From NCBI GenBank assembly GCA_008632985.1, contig QPGO01000197.1, forward strand, positions 115,713 to 135,712: DNA of 20,000 nucleotides. Reading direction: 5' to 3'. This DNA is from Psammoneis japonica. Lineage: Eukaryota. Below the pieces are notes generated by a model that ran no database searches, was not told where the DNA came from, and saw only the letters and a list, made by a program, of their open reading frames with translations. This document shows, one piece after another, positions 9,484-18,849 of the stretch. Made by a program: the position numbers and the translations under genes. How positions within the stretch are numbered: position 1 is the stretch's first letter; each line of letters begins with the position of its first letter.

Positions 9484-9940
9484 TGCAGTGTGCATGCAGA
9501 CAAAAGGTTGTTTTTGTCATGCCCTTTGTGACATTTAAAGGCTGCAACACGTCGCTGTGATGCATTGGCTCTTGTTGGCAGCTGTGTGTTGCACTCCTCC
9601 CCATGTGTCACGCGTCCATGCGGCTCTTTACTGACATGTGCTGACACTGCACGGTTTTGGCAGAACAGTGTGGGTGCGTGCGAAGGAACATGCAGAACTG
9701 CACAGAGTTTTTACGCGTTCGACAGTGATCAACGTTGCTGCAGACAACTCCCACTCAGGGTTTCGAACCCCTGGCCTCCTGCCTGATGGTTGCGATGAAC
9801 TGCTGCATTGTGAACTCACAATGCAGTGTGCATGCAGACAAAGGTCATTTTTGTCATGCCCTTTGTGACATTTAAAGGCTGTAACACGTCGCCGTGACAC
9901 ATTAGCTCTTGTCAGCAGCTGCACACTGCACTGTCCCATT
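9484..9940 (+). repeat. Pair of approximately 120-bp direct repeats (9484-9605 and 9822-9940)
   Basis: TGCAGTGTGCATGCAGACAAA..TTTTTGTCATGCCCTTTGTGACATTTAAAGGCTG(C/T)AACACGTCGC occurs twice, 338 bp apart. Confidence 0.9.
9747..9815 (-). pseudogene. Possible tRNA-derived remnant (B-box/T-arm)
   Basis: Minus strand reads ..GCAGGAGGCCAGGGGTTCGAAACCCTGAGTGGGAG, resembling the 3' half of tRNA-Asp/Glu (GGTTCGA in a CAGGG/CCCTG stem). No intact anticodon arm. Confidence 0.35.
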
Positions 9941-10515
9941 GTTGCCGTTGCATCTCTCTAGACTGCAAATTTCAGTTTGTCGTGTTCGCAAGCAGCTGCA
10001 GTGTTGCACTCATCTTGCAAACTTTCCTTCCTTCTGATTGTTCCGTCCTTCTCTTGCTTGAGATGGTCCCTGCCACGCATGCCGGCAGAAGTCAGTCACC
10101 CGATCTGGGGGGGAAGCATTTTGGTTTTAGGCGGGCGGGCTCATCGCGCCCTTGCCCAGTCATGATGTCACGATCACGATCACGTCCATCCATCTGTCTC
10201 ATCAACGCAGACGGGAAATTGACCGTGCTTCCACCAAATGGCAAACTGCCAACTGCTGCTCTAGATCAGAGAGGGTCATCACCAGAGTGCAGCCACAAAA
10301 AAAGATGAAATTGGTGCCTGGAGATGCTGGTCCATGGGCATTCTTGTGGCGCACTGAGAGCAAAGCTTTTCTGCATTTTGTGCACAAACCATCCCCTCTT
10401 GAGCCCAAGCATCTCGGCATGGGGTCATTCACCACAGCATGGGCACATCATTCCTCTTTTGTCACTGCCAATTGGGAGGACTTTTGCTCCTTTGTTGCAC
10501 CTCATGTAACAGCAT

Positions 10516-10945
10516 CTTTCTGGAAAACTTGGAAGAGCAACAGCAGCTCTGCACCTTGTGATTGTCTCTGTTTTCTGTTGGTGCAAACAACCACAGCCAT
10601 CAGGAAAATGTGCTTTCTTTGTTCAAGTGCATCAAGAGTTTCTTCTGGACATTGTCAAGCCACATGCACATCATGCAACTCCAGCGCTGTGAGTGCATGT
10701 GGGTGAAGGGACCCCCGACCGAGGTGAGCCAAGACCCAAACAATGGTCATTTTCAGCCTTGTCAAAAATCCTTCTAGATTGGCGTTCATGGCACAACAAC
10801 TCCATTGGAACACATTTTTGTTCCATGTGATGGCACAGTGATCTCAAGGGAGATGACAATGTTGGTTGTGATGGCCAAGAGCGGGTGGCTGACTTTTTGG
10901 AGTCAAAGCTTTGTTGAGAAGTCATGGGCTGGCCCAGCAGCCAAT
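10516..10945 (+). pseudogene. Third, more decayed fragment of the CE2 gene (3' part)
   Basis: Matches about 1851-2293: CACCTTGTGATTGT, TTTGTTCAAG..CATCAAGAGTTTCTT, GAGCCAAGACCCAAACAATG, GAACACATTTTTGTTCCATGTGATGGCAC, CAAGAGCGGGTGGCTGACTTTTTGG, CATGGGCTGGCCCAGCAGCCAAT. Confidence 0.9.
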
Positions 10946-11330
10946 TTTGAGCACAAAAAGCAATTGGCATTGATGACTTTTGAGGAAAAAGCAGCTGAGA
11001 CTGGTTGGCAAATCCAAGTGTTGTTTGAGCCCACAAATGCTTTTTGACTCTCTGCTTGGCATGTCTTGCTCTTCCTCAAAACTGCGCTCCACACCTCTAA
11101 TGTCTCAGGGGCAAAACAAGCATTTGACAATGGAGAACAAAAGGACAATGCAGCCATTGACAATCAGCAGATTGAAGGATCTCTTCAAAGATCCAAAAAA
11201 CCAAGAGCTTGTTGTCTTGTCAGCTTGTTCTTGCATGACAGGGGGAGGCCTTGGTGGAAGCTGGTGTTTCTCATGTTTTTAATTCGTTTGTGGGACAGGC
11301 CCACATCACAAGCATGATGGCAGACAGACC
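10943..11330 (+). pseudogene. Decayed CHAT (caspase-HetF-like peptidase) domain fragment
   Basis: Read across frameshifts: NFEHKKQL..IQVLFE..ALHxS-(C)xG-QNKHLTMEN..LKDLF..ELVVLSACSCMTG/EALVEAGVSHVF. This matches the CHAT motifs LHFSxHG and LVxLSACxS..G.AF..AGV.HV. Confidence 0.65.
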
Positions 11331-12638
11331 TTCATTTGTGCATTCATCCAATGCATTGAAGCCACCAGCGCTGCATTTGCCTCCTCCTCGGATGTCCACT
11401 TTGGAGTCATCTTTGGAGTTGTGGAGTTGCTGATGCGCTGATCATGGGAGTGGTTGAGCTCCTCTTTGCATTCCCTTGTGCTTCTTCTTTGCATTTGAGA
11501 CACAGGTCTCTGCTCTCTTCTTGATGATGGAGTTTGACTCTTCCTTGTCCTGAGGTTTCTGACTGGGCTTGTTGTGGAAATCACTTCAGCACCCCCAAGT
11601 GCTTCACAGAGCTCTTCACTTTGAAAGAGTGACCCGGTCAAACATTTTGACCATGTCTTGGCCACAAAGCCACCTTCTGGGACAGCAGCATTGTTGAGGT
11701 TTTTGGTTTCAGCAATCATCTTGGATCTGCTCATGGCGGCTGCATCTTTTGTGGCTTGAGTTGGTGCGGGCTCCCCATGCTGACTGACTGACAATGTGCC
11801 GGGTTGGTCATCAACCAGGGACTCCAGCCAATGTTGCATCCACAGCCAAAGTGCCCAACAGAGCTGATGACTGCGCCAACAAACAGGGGCATCACAAAGA
11901 CTGCCAGGCCACTGCGACATTGTTTTGCCTGCCCACTCCTGCGCACAGCGCTGCAGCAGAGTTGTGGCATCAATCAATGAGGAGCATGAGATCCACAAGA
12001 GGGGAGGCAGTGCAAAGCTCGCTCTCCACTCACAAATGTGCGCGAGGTTGGTGAAAAGAAAGAGCGCGCTCGCAGCTTGCTCTGGTGGCTTGCAGCGCCA
12101 ACAGACTCCAAGAAGCAGCTCTCGAACATCGGCAGAGCTTGAGAGCTCCGTTTTGAGCCTCTGCAAAAAAGCAATTGTGGTGTGATGTTCACCCTGCCTG
12201 GAAACTGTTCTCTGGTGCGTTGTCGTGTTTCTCTGCCAAGCCCAACAGCCACGTCGAGTTGCCGCCCTCGTCGTCTGGCCCCCGCTTGCTTTTTCATGGT
12301 GATGCTGGCCTGGCCGGAGGGAAGTTTCGCAAGTTGAAGTTCCCATGCGATCTTTCTTGCGTGAGTTTGAAAATCTGAAGCGCAACAACATGCGTTTCTC
12401 CGGCTGGCAGCCTCCATGGCAGGGCAGCTGCAATGACATCCAATGGCACTGCCCAAGTCACAAAAATGGCCCCTGCTGTGGGTTGGGCAATAGGACAATG
12501 CTCGCATAATGCGACGACAAATTTTGTAATGACCTTGAGAAAAATTCGAAAAATCCGTTGCTCCTCGCTCCTGGCAGCGCAGCAATGCCGTCAACACGCC
12601 CCATTCACTCTTCATCTCGTTGTAGTAGATTGTAAACC

Positions 12639-13724
12639 ATGCTGTCAAAGAGCCTCAAACATGCTGCTATTACCATTGCTGTAGGGCTTATTACATGGGA
12701 ATTATGTTTTTTACTCAGAGTTCACTCGTCTTCTGCTCTCTCCTCCTCGTCTTATTCGGTCGGACTTCATCAAGCCAATAAGTTTGAAAAGTACAGTGGC
12801 AATTGGAGGTCACGACCGTTGGTGATGGTTTCCAATGGTTGCTCTGGAAGCACGTTCGCAATTGCGTTTGCACGAAAGCTTGTGGAGCGTCACACGGGGT
12901 TGGATCCCACAGTCAGTTTAGCACATGACGAATCCTCTGAATTTCTTAAACACCAAAACAACAAGCTCTTTAAAAGAAAAATGTCAGACCCGGTTTTGGC
13001 AGACAAGGACATGGTCATCGATAGCTACAAGCACGTGATGAGGAATCATTCTCAAGTGTTTGTTCCCAAAGTTCTGGCGCCTCATCTTACACGTGGGGTG
13101 GTAGAAGGACTCAAGCAGCTGAATCCTCGTTATGTCTTGATGTACCGCAGTAATATATTGGAACGGATTATTTGTGACATTCGTGATTGTTTTCTACCAG
13201 AATCAAATCACCAATCTGTGTTTGAGAACGGTACTCGTTCCGATTTTTGTTATGAGCGACGAGAGCACCCTGAAGTCAAAACTCTGGCTCTTGTCAACAA
13301 GAAAAACTTTGAAGAGGTGGTGGCAAGAGACATGAAAACGTGGGGCTGTGAAGAAGCTTTGAAACGTCCGTCTTTAAAGTTGAGATTGGACCAGGCAATG
13401 GATTTTGACAATAAAAAGGAAAACTACCCTCGCGTGGAAAAGGAACTTCTCGAAGCCTTTCAATACGTGCCAGAAAAGTCGGTCGAATTCCAACAGAGTG
13501 TTGACGAATGGAAGACGTTGCTACTGAGCTGGGATATCGAACCGCAAGAATCCATAATTGTGGATGAAATGCGCAGTAAAGGTATTGATAAGCGGAATCA
13601 CAAGAGCGTCTTGAAAAATGTTTACAACACGGATTTGATTGAATCTCTATTTCAATACTGGGCAAAGACCCCCCACTACTGTGACTGGCGATGGATGATG
13701 CATGAGCGTCGAGAGAAGCCATGA
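12639..13724 (+). CDS. Type II membrane sulfotransferase-like protein (P-loop fold, Stf0-like motifs)
   Basis: 361-aa intact ORF with normal Tyr and TpA content. N-terminal anchor AAITIAVGLITWELCFLL; 5'-PSB-like VMVSNGCSGST; 3'-PB-like YVLMYRSNILERIIC. The CDS is confident; the function is inferred. Confidence 0.7.
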   Translation: MLSKSLKHAAITIAVGLITWELCFLLRVHSSSALSSSSYSVGLHQANKFEKYSGNWRSRPLVMVSNGCSGSTFAIAFARKLVERHTGLDPTVSLAHDESSEFLKHQNNKLFKRKMSDPVLADKDMVIDSYKHVMRNHSQVFVPKVLAPHLTRGVVEGLKQLNPRYVLMYRSNILERIICDIRDCFLPESNHQSVFENGTRSDFCYERREHPEVKTLALVNKKNFEEVVARDMKTWGCEEALKRPSLKLRLDQAMDFDNKKENYPRVEKELLEAFQYVPEKSVEFQQSVDEWKTLLLSWDIEPQESIIVDEMRSKGIDKRNHKSVLKNVYNTDLIESLFQYWAKTPHYCDWRWMMHERREKP

Positions 13725-13979
13725 AACAACTAGTTGACAATCGAGCTAGCTAGTATAGCCCAAAGCAATAGCCGTTTACACAAGGAATGAAACAACAAAT
13801 TGAAATGTGAAAAACAAATATTACTAATATTACCCAAAGCAGCACATAACTGATTGGATTGTGGAAGAGAGCTGCAACTCCTTCTCTTTACTAAAAACAG
13901 AACTACGCATTTGCCATGCTGAAAGATAAATATGGAAACATGCATTGTACTGTCAAAGCATCCCTTGTGTATACGTCTT

Positions 13980-16900
13980 TTACCTTTTGCTTTTGCGGAT
14001 GCGCAGCGAGCCAAGAAATGAACGTTTCGGCTTTGCCCCTTCACTCGTATGCTTAGCCTTGTGGCCTTGATTTCCGTCAGATCTCGGTTTCTTCAACATT
14101 CGTGCAACCCGTCCTTTGCTCGCCTTGTCTTCACAACAAAACAAGGCCATTTTGCAAGAGACACCTTTTAATTCCTTTGCACATACAAACTCCACCGACA
14201 CTTCGGAGTCCATGGTTGGAGGTGGTGGCATCTCTGCTGACTCGACAACTGGCACTCCCACAAACACCTTGCCCGCATCCGTGGCAGCCGCAACCCGAGC
14301 GGCACGGTTCACTACAGGACCGACATAATCGGCACGACCGGTCAATGGATGCGGGGCCATTCCTGAAAAGGCACCAGAATGAATACCAACTCGGATAAGA
14401 TTGGTGGTATCAACTTCATCGTCAAAGGGTGCGTTACCAACCGCCGTCATGAGCATGAGCCCAAACTTGACAGCCGGATCCAACGATTCGAATGCAATCA
14501 CCCATTTGCCTTATTCGTCGAAACAAGAAATTTGTTAGTTCATTTCCAAAGAACCCATCGGCATGTATCGACTGCCTATTTACCTTTGTCTTCTTGGCAT
14601 TCGTAGCCCGGCGGCGACACTTGCAACAGTAGAGACCTGACCACTTTTGTCAAGATCGAGAATGTCCGCTGCGCCAAGTCATCAGCAAAGTCATCTGTCC
14701 CCGATGGATAAACAAACATCATTGTAGCGGTTCCACTCTTATCCGGTGCATCCAAGAACGATGTAGTAAGTCTGCGGGTAGTGTCAGCCTGCGGGGAACC
14801 TCCGTCCTCTTGCCGGCACAAGAGAAGCGTGGCTAGTACTACCGGTCGCATTGAAGTAATCATAGGCCAATTCCTTAGGAACCAACTGTACGACACCCTT
14901 TGCAATGATACCTTCGTCCATAAATTCACCAGTCATGAGCACATACTCTCCATAATCAACTACTTGAGGAGTTCCCAACTGCTCACTCAGTTCAGAAACA
15001 ACCCGCCAAGTTTCGGCAGTTGCCAGTATCTGTCCACCAAAACACAGAGCCTCGATGCTTTTTGCCAACCGAAACGTCTTTCCGGAATACGATGCACGAC
15101 CACTAACTTCGTTGATCTGAGGCGTCGCACTGCCATGGTGGATACCCATCCGGACACGAAGGCCACGAAAGCGTCCCTCTTCATCGATGCCTGCATCAGC
15201 CAAGGCTAGAATACTATCCGACCAATCTGCCTTGTACAACTCCATTTGAGCCTCGAGAGCAAATCCAATGGCATCCACGGGATCATGAAAGGCCAAGTGA
15301 AACGCGTCGCCTTCAGTTTTGATTTCGTAGCCACTATGGGCGGAAATGCACTTTCGGAGGATTTTGTCATGCAAGCCCAACGCCTCCTTCATGGCATCAG
15401 CGTCAGCCTCCCAAAGAGAGGTCGAGCCTTGAATGTCGGTAAGAACAATCGTGACCTCACCAGACGGGGCATCGCGCTTGCTCTCTCGCAACGACATGGT
15501 ACTAGTGAGGTGCTTGAGGAGCTTACGTTCTTCGACAAGCTCGTCCATAATTCGACGGTGCTCCCAATTTTCAATGGTTTGCGCCATGAGGAGAGCCATT
15601 CGTTCAAGCTCTAATTCGTGGTCCTTGGTGAAATCGTGCCTCGGAACTGTGTCCAACATGCAAAGCACAGCTACGACGTACCCATCGGAAGTGATTATAG
15701 GAGTTCCAACGTAAGAACGCATGGGACTACCAGTGTAGCAGCTCATAAATGCCTCATCCTTCCACAAATCGGGGACAACAAACGTGCCTCGTTTCATAAT
15801 TGTATAGTTGCAGGCGGTGGTGCCGCGTCCATAAGCAACGCAAAAGGGGGCGCCTTCGCTGTCGGAGCAAATCGTCTCTCCAGCTTGAATAACACCAACA
15901 CCGCCGTCCTGAATACCAAGGGCGAGCTGATTCGAGTGGTTATGGATTGTGATGGCAACAACTGGAAACCGAAATAGAGACGCAGTCCTGCCGACCAATC
16001 CCTTTAACTGCTTCGCCATGGGCGAGTCGGGATCCATCTTGTGCAATCCCAATGCCTCTACCCTGGATACACGGGCCATGTCGTCTCTTCCCACGGGTGG
16101 CGGAGGCATACCAGCCTTAGCAGCCTCTTCGAAAACCGAGGAAGGAATGTGTTGCCGTTCCAACTCTGACGCTCGATACCGGTTTGCCACAAACGGCAAC
16201 AAGCTTGAGTTCGAAGTCGGGCCATCATCAACATGTGGTGGTACGTTCTGCTCAGACTTGGACGACTTGGGGCCATCATCAACTTGTGGTGGTACGTTTT
16301 GCTCCGACTTGGATGACTTTTCTTCTTCTTCTTTAGACTTGAGATCCATGTATTCTTTCCTGGCGTTCGCAACTTGTTCTGTAAGTGACTTGTTGCGATC
16401 TTGCAATTGTTTTCGTAGACGGAGTTGCTGCTCCGTCATGGCAGCAATCTCGGCGGACAAGAGTCGCAAGGACTCCTCTTCACGTTGACTCTCTTCATAG
16501 GTATCTGTGGTAATCTGGCATACTACTCCTAGTCTCGACCCGTCATCGTTCTTGATGACGTGACCCACATAGGTTGACCCAATGGAACGAAAGTCCTCGA
16601 TTGTCACCTCACGAATGACAAAATCTTTGGACTTGTCCAACACCAACTGAGAGCAGAAACTTTGATTATGATCCACAACTGTTCCTCGATCCATAGGTAT
16701 GAGTTCACCGTTGGGTCCACGCAGATTTCCACAGAGCACGTGCTGACCATCTAATCGACACAGGTGTACGCCGGCATAATTGGCGCTGGAATTGGATCCC
16801 ATAAGTTGTCTCGCAAGTCCATCAAACTCCTGAATCTCTGAAATGGGAGTATACGCGGTCAAGTCATACTCTTCTGCGGCCAAAAAATCAGGCACATCTT

Positions 16901-17270
16901 GATTAGGAGGGATGCTTGATTCTGTTGACACCTTTTCTTCTTGTTTACAATCATCCGTGTTGTTCGTCTCGACCACAGGTGTCGTCGGAGCAGACTTGTC
17001 CGTTTTCTCTTGATCCAACAAGGATGACTCCAATGCTCGCGCAATCACTTTTCGATGAATTTTGGACGAAATCTCCAACTCGTCCAGCATCTCTTCGAGT
17101 TCGCTCGCATCATCTCCAAGGGAACTCAAGAGACCGCCGTCAATCCCGGAATCGCGAATCGAGGCAGCATACTCTTTATACTTTGGACCACCCAACGAGA
17201 CTACGGAATCAGCCACATCGTCCTTGGTCCACTGCTCCAAAGGACGACTCTTCGATTCAGAGTTGCCCAT
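13980..17270 (-). CDS. Class III nucleotide cyclase: SAM + two GAF + two tandem cyclase homology domains; one intron (14510-14583) and one apparent frameshift (about 14795)
   Basis: Start MGNSESK. SAM: LEQWTKDDVADSV..YAASIRDSGIDGGLL. GAF1: SFCSQLV..YVGHVIKNDDGSRLGVVC. GAF2: TACNYTI..VVPDL..RSYVGTPIITSDGYVVAVLCMLD. CHD1: VTIVLTDIQGSTSLWE..EIKTEGDAF..LRVRMGIHHG. CHD2: GYECQEDKG/KWVIAF..IRVGIHSG..ADYVGPVVNRAARV. Confidence 0.9.
14510..14583 (-). other. Spliceosomal intron (74 bp) in the cyclase gene
   Basis: Minus strand AAAG|GTAAAT...CTAAC...TAAG|GC. Splicing joins ECQEDK-G-KWVIAF in frame. Confidence 0.85.
16219..16318 (-). repeat. In-frame 51-bp (17-aa) tandem duplication in the cyclase linker
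   Basis: KSSKSEQNVPPQVDDGP KSSKSEQNVPPHVDDGP. Confidence 0.9.
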
Positions 17271-18386
17271 GTTGTCGCTGTTGTATGAAACAATATTTGA
17301 AAAGTGAACCCGTTCTTCTGATTTCGCAAGATCCAGATCGCAAATCAAATCTTAGGTCTCGCGTTCTCTCTTTTGAGAGTACTGTAGCTACTGCATAGGC
17401 CTACAGTAGAGCTATCGTGTATCGCATGGGCGGCGGGCGGTGCGGCGTACCGTACAGTAGAGTTCTTCTCTGTCATGTCGTTGACAACTTCAACTTGTAA
17501 CGGCGAAAAAGAACGTTGTCACCAACAAAACTCAAAAACTGACATCATGAATGACGGGTAGGGCCCTAAGTAGAAAAAATCAAGTAGCTTTTTTACTAAA
17601 AGTCAGCTGGATTTCTACTGGCAATCTTGGTGCAGTCTGCACATCACCCCTAAAAATGGAAAAAGCACAAAGAACCTGTCATGCATGGAGGCCATTTGGC
17701 GCGACAGGAGCTCGTTTTCTGACTGACAAGCAGTTTTCAGGCAAGTGGAAGTAGATTGAGTAGATTTCGAGCTGTTTAGAAAAAAAAAAATCATGATGTC
17801 GGCAGTTGATTTTTTTGGCGACACTTGTCTTGGCCAAACATTTCTCGCCCCTGTGCAAGGGCTGCCGTGGGATGCATGTGGCTGTGGTGTGTGATGACAT
17901 CATCACACTCGTTGAGCTGAGCATGCACACAGCTTTGCCAGCATGCACATGTCATCAAGGTGGCATGAGATGAAAATTGTGAAAATCATTTCTGCGTGCA
18001 TTTTCTGTGAAAATCATGGGAGTCAAAGATTCGTTGTCGCAAAAAAGCGCTGTGTGTGTTTTCAGCAAACAACATGGTCAGCATGCGAGCAACAGCAAGA
18101 GCATCACTCAATGGAAACTCTGGATTGCTCATTTGCATGAAAGGCACTTCCAAGATGAAAACACTTGTGAGCTGAAAGCTGAAGCATGTGGGCACATTCT
18201 CTGCGCTGTCTCGGCCACCTCTGACAAATGTGAAAGAAGCCGCAGCTTTCGACACTTTTTCCCACTCAAGCAGCCAATTCAAAAATTTGGGGCAAAAAAC
18301 ATGACCTTTTTTGCCAACTGCAATGTCATGTTGATTGAATCTTGAAATGCGCAGCTTCTTTTCATGGACAAGTCAAGAACACACCA

Positions 18387-18648
18387 GGCCTGTTCCAGCT
18401 CCAGGTGATGCGCACAGGCTCGATTCCCATCACTGGCCCATTTTTGCATTCAGTGCAACAAACTCCTTAAAAATCAGGTTTTTTTCAAATCGAAGGGTGA
18501 GTGCACACAAAACTCATGCATTTTGTGTGCACTCACCTTTCGATTTTCGAAACGATCAAATTTGAAGGAGTTCTTTGATGCGCTGAACTGCACAAAGAAT
18601 TGGCCTCTTGCGTGATGGATTTCTCATCCCCTGGGGCTGGAACAGGCC
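18387..18648. mobile_element. MITE (262 bp) with 24-bp TIRs, 4-bp TSD and a central hairpin
   Basis: Left end GGCCTGTTCCAGCTCCAGGTGATG versus reverse-complemented right end GGCCTGTTCCAGCCCCAGGGGATG (22/24). ACCA flanks both sides (18383-18386, 18649-18652). Inverted repeat at 18487-18546. Confidence 0.85.
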
Positions 18649-18812
18649 ACCAATGAAGAATGCAGGACACTTGTTTGAAAGGAAACACAGCATTCAATGG
18701 CATCCTGGGAGAGGCCAAACTGAGGCCATCATTTTGTGTGGAAACATGCAGAAATCACACCGGAAAAATGTCCCAACAAATTTTGCCTTTTGCCATCATG
18801 GACCAGTGAAAA

Positions 18813-18849
18813 NNNNNNNNNNNNNNNNNNNNNNNNNNNNNNNNNNNNN
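18813..18849. other. Assembly gap (N run)
   Basis: Run of N. Confidence 1.

Noticed and set aside
12500..12572. TE-end-like sequence at the domain boundary
   Set aside because: No partner terminus found in the window.
11306..12648. Long minus-strand ORFs (377 aa and 224 aa) with a hydrophobic stretch in another frame
   Set aside because: Probably a decayed gene, but I cannot assign a family or a consistent frame.
14787..14845. Intron as an explanation for the cyclase frameshift
   Set aside because: The candidate GTAGTA..CCGCAG is 54 bp, preserves the frame and leaves the stop. A 1-bp indel is simpler.
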